This document shows, one piece after another, positions 51,176 through 59,147 of a stretch of 64,000 nt of DNA (position 1 is the first letter of the stretch; each line of letters opens with the position of its first letter). Origin of the DNA: a virus (lineage: Duplodnaviria > Caudoviricetes); the IMG/VR virus record IMGVR_UViG_3300013308_000019, positions 1-64,000 of that record; one strand, given 5' to 3'. The notes beneath the pieces are model-generated. The model was not told the DNA's origin. It was given only the letters and a program-made list of their open reading frames with translations, and did no database searches. The position numbers and the translations under genes are program-made.

Positions 51176-51216
51176 GCTCTAGGTATCAGCCAAACCAACC
51201 AGTCAAGGAGACTAAA

Positions 51217-51615
51217 ATGGCAAAGACTTTCAAGCTCACCAACCAGCGGGCAAACGAACTGCTGGCAGACATCCGGCAGGTATCCGCGCAGGAAGGTGAC
51301 TGGCGGGCAACGCTGGACAATCTCGAAGAGACGTTCGAAGCGTTCGCGGAGATGACGGCGGAACCGGAGCGTGTGATCTTCCGGAAGTTCACCCATGACG
51401 GCGCAATCATCGCCCTGCTCCCTGACCAGTACAACGAGCGGAACGGCAACATCGGGAGCTACATGGAGTTGGGACAGCACGCGGAGACGGCTCCCGATTT
51501 CGGAGACACCAAACCGGCAGACGCACCGGAGTACCGGAACCTCTACAACGAGTTGGTACGGCAGGGTTACCACAACCTGAAGGTGGTCAAGCGTTTCGGG
51601 AAGCTTGGCCGGTAG
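51217..51615 (+). CDS. Conserved phage hypothetical protein
   Basis: VIFRKF...IALLP...SYM..GQH. Confidence 0.7.
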   Translation: MAKTFKLTNQRANELLADIRQVSAQEGDWRATLDNLEETFEAFAEMTAEPERVIFRKFTHDGAIIALLPDQYNERNGNIGSYMELGQHAETAPDFGDTKPADAPEYRNLYNELVRQGYHNLKVVKRFGKLGR

Positions 51616-51707
51616 TTACAAGAAACGCATACGGGACCGGAGTTGCTTAGGTGGCTCCGGTCCTGTAGTCTTTAGGTATCAGTTCATCAACGGCACAGGA
51701 GGCCACC

Positions 51708-52178
51708 GTGGTATACATGCTCACCATCAAAGACTTGGAAACCCGTCCGGAGGGTACGTACTACACAGGACCGCTGGAAGAGGCTAAGGCCTTTATCGCG
51801 GACTGGATCAACTCCACTGAGGCCCGATACCTCGACACCACCGGTAAAGTCCGGTACGCGGTCTACCTGACCTTGGAAGTCGGAGACGGCAAACCTGCCA
51901 GCATGGACAACTGCAACGACATTGGGGTCGGAGACACCAGCGAAGAGGCTTGGCGGTACGCTCTGGGCGCAGAGTTTGGACCTGCCGACGACGAGTTTAG
52001 CGCGTTCCCGCTGACACACGACAAGCGGGAGGCTGTAGAGGCTATGGTGGCGCACCACTTCCCGGAGCGTCTGGACGCGTTCTACTCGCCCACAACAGGC
52101 CTTGCGGCAGTCGAGGACACGGATGGGAACATGTGGCGCGTGTGGCCGGATGGGGACATTGAGGTCTACCGCCGATAG
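51708..52178 (+). CDS. Two-module cassette protein
   Basis: C-terminus paralogous to 38543..38932. Confidence 0.7.
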   Translation: MVYMLTIKDLETRPEGTYYTGPLEEAKAFIADWINSTEARYLDTTGKVRYAVYLTLEVGDGKPASMDNCNDIGVGDTSEEAWRYALGAEFGPADDEFSAFPLTHDKREAVEAMVAHHFPERLDAFYSPTTGLAAVEDTDGNMWRVWPDGDIEVYRR

Positions 52179-52272
52179 GTTACAAGAAACGCGTAGCGGG
52201 TAGGATTTGCGTCTTACCCGCTATGCGTGTATTCTTTAGGTACAAGGTAAGAACAACGGCTAGGAGGCCACC

Positions 52273-52518
52273 ATGAACAAGGCAAAAGCGGAGAAGGTAC
52301 TGGCAGAGGTTGAAGAGCAGTTCAAGCTCTACATCGAAGCAGGGTACCCGAAGCCGAACCTGCGGGATGCGGACCATGAGCAACTGCCCAAGGGTTCGTG
52401 GTCCATCGACTGGGAAGATGGTCCGGACGAATGGTGCTACGCAATGCCAGCGTCGAAGATTCCCGGCGTTTTCGTGGAGCCGATCATGTCGTTTGTTCTC
52501 GGAGTCTACGACGACTGA
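52273..52518 (+). CDS. Hypothetical cassette protein
   Basis: WEDGP.EW...VFVEP. Confidence 0.7.
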   Translation: MNKAKAEKVLAEVEEQFKLYIEAGYPKPNLRDADHEQLPKGSWSIDWEDGPDEWCYAMPASKIPGVFVEPIMSFVLGVYDD

Positions 52519-52622
52519 GTTACAAGAAACGCTTAGCGGGTACGGGTTGGACAACAGCCCGTACCTGCTGTAGTCTTTACTTATCGGTTCAACCGGAACC
52601 GCCGAAAGCCTAGGAGGCTATC

Positions 52623-52835
52623 ATGCTTGAAGCTCGCACCCTCTCCCGTTCCCCGCTCAACTTCCTCCCCAACGACTCGGTAAGCATCGAGGGCATGTTG
52701 GTACGTGTGGACCGCGTAGAGGCCCTTACGGCGAATCTGGTACGCGTTGAGGGGAACGTCATGAGCTTCCCCGTCTCAATGGTACTGGGCGCTACTCAGA
52801 TCATGAAGGTAACCCGCATGGTCCACATGCTGTAG
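52623..52835 (+). CDS. Hypothetical cassette protein
   Basis: AGGAGG RBS. Confidence 0.7.
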   Translation: MLEARTLSRSPLNFLPNDSVSIEGMLVRVDRVEALTANLVRVEGNVMSFPVSMVLGATQIMKVTRMVHML

Positions 52836-52931
52836 GTTACAAGAAACGCGTAGGCCGGTGGACTTGTGTCCATCGGCCATAGCGGGTAGGATCATGGTAT
52901 AAGGTAGAACCAACCTACAAAAGGAGGAATC

Positions 52932-53102
52932 GTGGACAAGTTCAAGCTCGGTTACATCGTTGGCAAGCGTTACCGCGTGTGGACGGGAGACGTGGACTTG
53001 GTCCTCGGCTACCGTGATGATGGATGGGTCATCGTCCAAGACGAGAAGACTGGCGTAATTCGTACGCACATCACCACGTGTTCAAGCACTCCGCTCGACT
53101 AG
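52932..53102 (+). CDS. Small cassette protein
   Basis: AGGAGG RBS and GTG start; stop abuts motif. Confidence 0.65.
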   Translation: MDKFKLGYIVGKRYRVWTGDVDLVLGYRDDGWVIVQDEKTGVIRTHITTCSSTPLD

Positions 53103-53193
53103 CTACAAGAAACGCTTAGCCGGTAGGACTTGCGCCTACCGGCTGAGGCGTGTAGTCTTGAGGTATCAAGTCAACCACTCCAAAGGAGACACA

Positions 53194-53364
53194 GTGAACT
53201 TCGAAGTCGGAACCAAAGTCGAAATCCTCGAACGCGGCGCATGGGTAGGCCCGTTCACCGTTACGGCAGACGCGGGACGCACGCCGGATCACGTAGTGCT
53301 TTACGGTCCCTCTGGCCGGTTCGAAGTCTACAACGACGCACCGTTCAACATCCGTAAAGCTTAG
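53194..53364 (+). CDS. SH3-like cassette protein
   Basis: FEVGTKV. Confidence 0.65.
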   Translation: MNFEVGTKVEILERGAWVGPFTVTADAGRTPDHVVLYGPSGRFEVYNDAPFNIRKA

Positions 53365-53465
53365 TTACAAAAACCGCTTAGGGAGTCGGACTTGCATCCG
53401 GCTCCCATAGCGGGTAAGCTTTAGGTAATGGAGCAACCGGCTCCCCAAAGTCCTAGGAGGACACA

Positions 53466-53744
53466 ATGACTGGTGAAGAGTACTTGGAAGAATCGGGCGA
53501 CTTTGAGGACGCCGTGCAGGATTTGCCGCTGGCCGGTGGCATAGTCGGACGCCAGATTGTGGCGTACTTCGAAAACCTCGACGGACGCGTGGCAGTACAT
53601 GCCGAGTCCATCGACCACGTTGGAGAGGGCCAGCACGACTACCGGATCACCTTTGAGGGTGGACAGGTTCAGGCCTACCGCGTGACGTTCTCCAGCACCA
53701 ACATCTTCATTTCCACCATCGTGGACGCAACGCCGCTCAACTAG
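53466..53744 (+). CDS. Hypothetical cassette protein
   Basis: RBS; stop abuts motif. Confidence 0.7.
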   Translation: MTGEEYLEESGDFEDAVQDLPLAGGIVGRQIVAYFENLDGRVAVHAESIDHVGEGQHDYRITFEGGQVQAYRVTFSSTNIFISTIVDATPLN

Positions 53745-53840
53745 TTACAAAAACCGCTTAGCGGTTAGGGTTGACACTCTAGCCGCTAAGCCGGTAGACT
53801 CACTACATCGGAACAATCCGGAAACCAAAAGGAGAAAGTC

Positions 53841-54128
53841 ATGAAGTCGGTAATCACCAAGCTGGAAGTCTCGGAACGTCTGCTGGGCGTGGAGAAGTAC
53901 GAACTGGAGATCAAGGGCAAGAAGGCTCACGGGACCATCGTGGAACTCCACACGGACATTGACAGCGGCCAGCGCCACGTGTTCGTCCTGACGCCGGTAG
54001 ACGGCGGTCTGTCGCCCTCCACGGCGGATGCAGTAGCTCGACGCCTCATCGACGGCGCTCGCAAGTTCTCGGGCAACCACGTCGGCCCGAACAGCGTGGT
54101 ACGCGTCGGACGCTACGCGGCCAGCTAG
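53841..54128 (+). CDS. Hypothetical cassette protein
   Basis: RBS; stop abuts motif. Confidence 0.7.
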   Translation: MKSVITKLEVSERLLGVEKYELEIKGKKAHGTIVELHTDIDSGQRHVFVLTPVDGGLSPSTADAVARRLIDGARKFSGNHVGPNSVVRVGRYAAS

Positions 54129-54225
54129 TTACAAAACACGCATAGAGCCTCGGACTTGTGTCTGAGGCTCTTAGCGTGTAAGCTTTAAGTATCGGAACAA
54201 TCCGACAGAGACAAAGGGGTAGGAC

Positions 54226-54483
54226 ATGAACAACACTCTCATCCACAACATCGTGGATATGACGCGATTCGCGGTTAGCTCTGTGAATTTCTCGCAGGTC
54301 TACGCGTTCGACAACGGTACCAAGATGGCCGTGTCGCGTAACGCCATGACAGGCGGGCACAAGGCCGGTTACATGGCCGTCCTGCCTTACGACAAGGCCG
54401 GTAATCAGGTAGATGATCGGGCGGAGGCGTGGCTCTCAGCGGAGGACGTGGCTATCAAGATGGAAGTCCTCGCCAGCGAGTAG
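54226..54483 (+). CDS. Hypothetical cassette protein
   Basis: Y.F.NG...SV.....GG...G...AVL pattern. Confidence 0.7.
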   Translation: MNNTLIHNIVDMTRFAVSSVNFSQVYAFDNGTKMAVSRNAMTGGHKAGYMAVLPYDKAGNQVDDRAEAWLSAEDVAIKMEVLASE

Positions 54484-54568
54484 TTACAAGAAACGCGTAG
54501 GGCCTAAGTTGACTTCGGTTAGCTTAGGCCTTATGCTTGTAGTACACACCAACCGAAAGAAGGACACC

Positions 54569-54775
54569 ATGGCGCGCAACTCCACTCCCGCCACTCGTGC
54601 CGAGGCTCGCGACAAGGCCGAGGTAATCGGCGCGGCTGAGCGCGTGATCTACGCGGAAATCAACGACTTTGTGTTGCGGGTAGGCAAGCACAAGGCTACG
54701 CCGTTCCTCGCGGTACTGGGCGGGTTCGCCTACATCATCTTTGGTCACGAGCTTGTGAACTCCATAAACCTGTGA
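54569..54775 (+). CDS. Small membrane-anchored protein
   Basis: C-terminal hydrophobic segment. Confidence 0.6.
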   Translation: MARNSTPATRAEARDKAEVIGAAERVIYAEINDFVLRVGKHKATPFLAVLGGFAYIIFGHELVNSINL

Positions 54776-54787
54776 TACAATGAACTC

Positions 54788-54863
54788 ACAGACATAAAAT
54801 GAAGCCTCTGGGGATGACCACCAAATCTCCCCGGAGGCTTCGCCAATTGTGGGAGAGGTTGGC
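54788..54863 (+). ncRNA. Candidate structured small RNA
   Basis: TTGTGA-17-TACAAT; long hairpin GAAGCCTCTGGGGA/TCCCCGGAGGCTTC plus GCCAA/TTGGC. Confidence 0.4.
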
Positions 54864-54923
54864 TTACAAAAAACGCGTAGCGGATAGGTTTGCATTCCGG
54901 CGCAAAGGTGGTAAGCTTAGAAC

Positions 54924-55020
54924 ATGGAAAGGGAGGTTAGGAGCCTCCACCCGCCAGACTAAGAATCTGGGGGTCCGGGAAGTTCCCACCCACTGGGAAC
55001 CGTCAGCCCCACGCACGGGG
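54924..55020 (+). ncRNA. Candidate four-hairpin small RNA occupying a whole cassette
   Basis: Lies between motif copies 54864 and 55021, has its own promoter, only a 12-codon ORF and four hairpins. Confidence 0.6.
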
Positions 55021-55119
55021 TTACAAAACCCGCTTAGCGGATGGAGTAGACAGGCCGGTTGAAAGCTGGTAGTCTTATTCCATAAGCAGTTCACAACTCC
55101 ACAGAGAAAAGAGCAGACC

Positions 55120-55326
55120 ATGAAGGTTTTCTTCGAAGCACTGGTCGATGGACAGTACGTCAACCAGAAGCGTCTGGCGGATATCCCGGATGAGAAAGCT
55201 TACGCTCGGGCGGCTAAGGCCTACCCGAATGATCCGGACTACGTGGAGCAGATGCTCGACGGACGCGGCTACATCTACATCAACGGCCACAACTGCCGGT
55301 TCACCTACCAACAGGACAGCCTCTAG
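55120..55326 (+). CDS. Hypothetical cassette protein
   Basis: Stop abuts motif. Confidence 0.7.
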   Translation: MKVFFEALVDGQYVNQKRLADIPDEKAYARAAKAYPNDPDYVEQMLDGRGYIYINGHNCRFTYQQDSL

Positions 55327-55429
55327 TTACAAGACACGCATAGGGCCTCTACGGAGGCCCTATTTGCGTTTGGGCGGAAAGGTGGTATCGTTGAGGTATC
55401 GGCAAGGGTTGCCGGTAGGAAAGGGAGTC

Positions 55430-55750
55430 ATGGAACTCAACGTCAAGTACAGCACCGCGAATCTGGAAGCAACCAAGGGTAGCGCGGACGCCTCACCCGG
55501 TGACCGCAACGCGGCACCCTACCTGCTGAAGCTGGACACCGTGGAGCGGCGTCTGCGGGCTGTAGGCGAGGCCCACACGCTCATGAACCTGCTGGGCTTC
55601 CGGTACTCTGAGGCTGTCTACAACGCCGTATCGGACCTGAGTAAGAACATTGCCGCTGGGCAGGAGGATAAGGCCCTCTACGGCGAGGCTATCGCTAAGC
55701 GGTACCGCGACGAAGAGAACGCACGCCGGAAGCTGGAACGCGGGTACTGA
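55430..55750 (+). CDS. Hypothetical protein, last gene of the plus arm
   Basis: GGGAG RBS; followed by motif and terminator. Confidence 0.7.
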   Translation: MELNVKYSTANLEATKGSADASPGDRNAAPYLLKLDTVERRLRAVGEAHTLMNLLGFRYSEAVYNAVSDLSKNIAAGQEDKALYGEAIAKRYRDEENARRKLERGY

Positions 55751-55763
55751 TACAAAAAACTCT

Positions 55764-55800
55764 TAGGCTCTCATCCTCCGGGATGGGAGCCTATTGTTTT
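55764..55800 (+). terminator. Terminator closing the plus arm
   Basis: TAGGCTCTCATCC-TCCG-GGATGGGAGCCTA followed by TTGTTTT. Confidence 0.75.
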
Positions 55801-55970
55801 GTGTCTGGGCGGGGCTGTGTGGGCCTCTACGGGGCTGTGAGGGATTGGGTGGCACTCTCACCCATGGCGGCGATTCTAGGGCCTTAGGCGGGCACGTAGG
55901 GCCTGCGGTAGGCCTGCGTAGCTGTGAGGCTCTGGGCGGCTGTCTGCGGGCCTAACTGGGCGCAGACGCA

Positions 55971-56001
55971 CAAAGACCCCCAACCTTTCGGTTGAGGGCC
56001 T
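55971..56001 (-). terminator. Terminator closing the minus arm
   Basis: Minus strand AGGCCCTCAACC-GAAA-GGTTGGGGGTCT-TTG. Confidence 0.7.
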
Positions 56002-56020
56002 CTGTGGGGCTGTGGAGGGC

Positions 56021-56287
56021 CTAGGCTTCGATGTCCTCGGGGCTGATGTCCATCACGTAGGCTTTGATGTTGACCTCGTCATCTGACTGGCCTGAGCGGT
56101 CCCAAGGGTTGATGCAGGGAACGTCTGCGGCTTCGATTTCCACCTGAAGGGAGCCGTCCGGGTTGGTGGCCGCGATATCGGTTACGGTCATCTCTTCGCC
56201 AGCTTCGAGGACTGCCGTCCATCCGCTGGAAAGGTTGATTTCAATGCGCCGGTTGAGCTTGATGGTCTGGCCGATTTCGATGAACAT
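56021..56287 (-). CDS. SH3-like hypothetical protein
   Basis: RBS GAAAGGG; IEIGQTIKL. Confidence 0.65.
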   Translation of the reverse strand: MFIEIGQTIKLNRRIEINLSSGWTAVLEAGEEMTVTDIAATNPDGSLQVEIEAADVPCINPWDRSGQSDDEVNIKAYVMDISPEDIEA

Positions 56288-56388
56288 GGTTCCCTTTCGT
56301 GGCCGGTGTTTCCGGCTCATGTAATGAGCTTACCGGACAAACAGAAAACGCGCAACCCCGAAGGGTTACGCGTTTTTTGTAAGTGGGG

Positions 56389-56589
56389 CTAGTCCTCATC
56401 CCAGACTTCGCCCGCGTAGTCGTCCTGTTCGGACGAGTTGCAGACTGGGCACTGATCCGTGCAGGAGGCCCAAGAGTAGATGTAGTACCACGAGCCGTCG
56501 AACTTGGAGCGGGTGGGGGAGACGATGCGCTGGTGGCCAGCGGCGTCGGTGTAGACCTTGTCGCCGGGGTATTCTGCGAAGGTTGACAT
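56389..56589 (-). CDS. Small Cys-containing cassette protein
   Basis: AAGGAG RBS; CTDQCPVC. Confidence 0.65.
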   Translation of the reverse strand: MSTFAEYPGDKVYTDAAGHQRIVSPTRSKFDGSWYYIYSWASCTDQCPVCNSSEQDDYAGEVWDED

Positions 56590-56698
56590 TGTTTTCTCCT
56601 TGTTTGGTTTGACCTTGTACCTACAGCTTAGCATGGTTTCGCGGGGCTTGTCTACTCGGGAGGCTGTGCGTTTTTTGTAAGGGTCCTAATTATTTTAG

Positions 56699-56732
56699 GG
56701 GTCCTCTGGTTTCCCAGCCATGTCCGCTTCAT
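56699..56732 (-). ncRNA. Candidate small RNA/minigene, family 1, copy B (core)
   Basis: TTGACA-17-TAGACT-6-ATGAAGC...GCTGGGAAACCAGAGGACCC. Confidence 0.55.
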
Positions 56733-56828
56733 GGTTTGAGTCTACGGGGTTTGAGGGTGAGTGTCAAGCCTGCGGCAGACACAAGAGAGAGGGGAGCCTC
56801 TCGGCTCCCCTCTAAGCGTTTCTTGTAG

Positions 56829-57002
56829 TTACCAGCGGTCCATCATGAAGGTGTGTCCGCCGAATCCTTGGATGACTCCGCAGATGACCATGACGATGGT
56901 TGCCACCACCAGCCCGCCCATGAAGGCCCATCCGATGATGCAAAAGAGAATCCAAGATGCGATATCGAGGAAACCTTTGATTCCGGTGTATGAAGACTTC
57001 AT
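56829..57002 (-). CDS. Small membrane protein
   Basis: MKSSYTG...hydrophobic...MMDRW; stop abuts motif. Confidence 0.6.
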   Translation of the reverse strand: MKSSYTGIKGFLDIASWILFCIIGWAFMGGLVVATIVMVICGVIQGFGGHTFMMDRW

Positions 57003-57103
57003 GGCCTGCTCCTAAGTTTGTATCGGCTTGTTCCGATGTATAGAGCTTAGCATAGGCTCCGAGTAGTTGTCTACCCGAAGCCTATGCGTTTTTTGTAGCT
57101 GTG

Positions 57104-57346
57104 CTAGCGGTCAAGCGGCACGCGCTCCAGCGAGCCAGTGCCGAAGTAGTCCACGTTGAGCAGGTACTCAGAGCCGTTCCAGCGAGCGCGTGCGCCGCTC
57201 CTGTAGCCATTGTCGAGCATGTGATCTGCGATAGCCTCGCTAGAGGCGTTCTCGATGGCGTAGGCCTTGCCACGGACCACGTAGCGGCTTCCAGCGGCTC
57301 CCCGTACCGTGCGCTGAGTCTGGTTCTTCTTGATGGTCTTTCCCAT
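57104..57346 (-). CDS. Hypothetical cassette protein
   Basis: AAGGAG RBS. Confidence 0.65.
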   Translation of the reverse strand: MGKTIKKNQTQRTVRGAAGSRYVVRGKAYAIENASSEAIADHMLDNGYRSGARARWNGSEYLLNVDYFGTGSLERVPLDR

Positions 57347-57435
57347 TGTCTTACTCCTTGTGTGCGTTTTTTGTATTGGAATTGCCATTAGTGGCATGCC
57401 CTACTAGGTAGCGTACCACCTAGTAGAGCAAACTG

Positions 57436-57702
57436 CTAATCGCGGGCTTCGTCGTCCGAGACTTGGAACATCCACGAATCGGTGTAGATGTTCCGGCGAA
57501 CTGTGATCTTGCCCTGAGCTACCAGCGATTCGAACGCCTCGCGGTAGTTCTTGAGGTTCGCGGGAGTCTCGCGGATGTTGTGCCACGCGAGCGTGCTTTC
57601 GACGGTACGCTCCACCATGATGTCCCGGTGAGTGGTGTGGGAGTCGTAGAATCCGTCGTTCCACTCGTTGATGTAGGTGAGGATGTTGTCTTCGCGGCTC
57701 AT
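57436..57702 (-). CDS. Hypothetical cassette protein (possible winged helix)
   Basis: REAFESLVAQGKI.VRR. Confidence 0.65.
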   Translation of the reverse strand: MSREDNILTYINEWNDGFYDSHTTHRDIMVERTVESTLAWHNIRETPANLKNYREAFESLVAQGKITVRRNIYTDSWMFQVSDDEARD

Positions 57703-57798
57703 GTCTTGCTCCTTGGCTTGTCTCGGCTTGTTCCGATATGGATAGCTTACGCTAGTCGGGAGAGTTATGCAACCCTCCCGACTAAGCGTTTTTTGTAG

Positions 57799-57990
57799 CT
57801 AGTCTTCGAGGTCTTCGATCTCTTCCACCTCTGCGGCTTGGAAACCATGCTCGTCTTCGAGTTCTTCGAGAGTGGTGTACCAGAACCCGCCGACCCCATC
57901 CGGAGTGATGAAGTACATGTCATCCTTGCGGACGTAGTACGCGGTATCGACGGTGAGTTCGGAACGGGGAGTGAGGGTTGCCTGTGCCAT
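57799..57990 (-). CDS. Acidic cassette protein
   Basis: Stop abuts motif. Confidence 0.7.
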   Translation of the reverse strand: MAQATLTPRSELTVDTAYYVRKDDMYFITPDGVGGFWYTTLEELEDEHGFQAAEVEEIEDLED

Positions 57991-58085
57991 TTTCTTTTCC
58001 TTTGTTTGGAGCGGCTTTGCTTATGTGTCTAGCTTAGCCTAGGTGGGAGAGTATTGCAACCCTCCCACCTAAGCGTGTTTTGTAA

Positions 58086-58340
58086 CTACGCTTTACCGTA
58101 GTGCCCACCGTCTGGCAGGTCACCACAGCAGGGGAAGAAGTGGATAGGCCACGCCTCATCCTCGCCACCCTCTGCGATGAAATCGGCGTTGTAGTCGAGC
58201 CACAGATCACGCTTGCTGTCGAAGTCGTCATCGAACCAGTCGTGACCCTTCTTGGCTTTGGGAACGTCTGCACAGTCTGCGCGGTGAACGCTCACGTCGT
58301 AGTCGTTGTTCCCATTGCCGTTGATGGTTACCAGTTTCAT
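58086..58340 (-). CDS. Conserved actinophage hypothetical protein
   Basis: VHRADCAD...FFPC. Confidence 0.7.
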   Translation of the reverse strand: MKLVTINGNGNNDYDVSVHRADCADVPKAKKGHDWFDDDFDSKRDLWLDYNADFIAEGGEDEAWPIHFFPCCGDLPDGGHYGKA

Positions 58341-58434
58341 GATGACTCCTTAGGTCTATCGGCTTGTTCCGATATGAATAGCTTACACGCAAAAGGCCCG
58401 AGAACCAAATCTCGGGCCTATGCGTTTTTTGTAG

Positions 58435-58869
58435 CTAGTTGACGTAGATGCTCACCTTGTTGGCAACATCCCAGACGGCCAGTTCCTCGCGCTCCTTAGC
58501 TACGAGCATTGCCGTCTCGTAGTCCTCGTACCACTCGGAGGCTTCAGCGTAGACAACACCGGACTCTACCCACGTGCCCATCAGCCCGAGGCCTTCAGTG
58601 GTCGCGTAAGCCATTCCCAGTGCGTACTGGTAGTCTCGGGTATCCGAGGCCTTCAGGTCGAACATGTGGGGCTTGTGGAGGCCTGCCACGTAGTAGCCGG
58701 TGGTGTGCGAGGCCATGGCCATGGTGGGGCTGGAAAGGTCGAGAGTGCATCCACCGTTGGCGGACGTCTCACGTGAGAGGGTGACGCCGCGAATCTGACC
58801 ATAGGTCCGGAGCTTCGGCGTGACGCCGGAGTTTTCGTTGCGCATGGTCTCTACTGTCTGAGCGGACAT
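58435..58869 (-). CDS. Paralog of 49045..49404
   Basis: GGCTLDL...HTTGYYVAG...GTW...EAS...ELAVWD. Confidence 0.7.
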   Translation of the reverse strand: MSAQTVETMRNENSGVTPKLRTYGQIRGVTLSRETSANGGCTLDLSSPTMAMASHTTGYYVAGLHKPHMFDLKASDTRDYQYALGMAYATTEGLGLMGTWVESGVVYAEASEWYEDYETAMLVAKEREELAVWDVANKVSIYVN

Positions 58870-59002
58870 TGGTTCCTCCTGAGTGGATCGGATGGTTTGA
58901 TATGAAGAGCATACCACTACTTTTGCGGATGATGCAAACTGCGCGGATGACGTGCGTTTTTTGTAAGTTGCGCGTGAGCGCGGATGCGTGTAAGCTGAGA
59001 GT

Positions 59003-59040
59003 ATGAAGCAACCGATTGAAGCTGGGTCACCGGAGGACCC
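59003..59040 (+). ncRNA. Candidate small RNA/minigene, family 1, copy D (core)
   Basis: TTGCGC-17-TAAGCT-6-ATGAAGC...GCTGGGTCACCGGAGGACCC. Confidence 0.5.
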
Positions 59041-59147
59041 ACAAAATAAGTGGGTCGGAAAGTAGGCATCACTCCATTCTCTCATAGTTTTTGGGTGGTT
59101 GTCAAGTGGGCTGAGGGCAAAAGAAAAGGCCCTTTCGGGCCTTCCCT

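Larger units (their letters stand above)
35355..55762 (+). repeat. Plus-strand arm of the cassette array: about 43 copies of polar 13-mer TTACAARAAACGC
   Basis: Copies start at 35355, 37781, 37937, 38126, 38933, 41188, 42030, 42323, 42923, 43451, 43880, 44235, 44879, 45285, 45879, 46281, 46795, 47393, 47681, 47982, 48208, 48222, 48950, 49405, 49788, 50002, 50306, 50466, 50773, 50892, 51616, 52180, 52520, 52837, 53103, 53365, 53745, 54129, 54484, 54864, 55021, 55327 and 55750 (hand count; some have 1-2 mismatches). Confidence 0.95.

Noticed and set aside
54924-55020. Bona fide tRNA gene
   Set aside because: No acceptor stem, D-loop GG or T-loop TTCRA; only an anticodon-arm-like hairpin.
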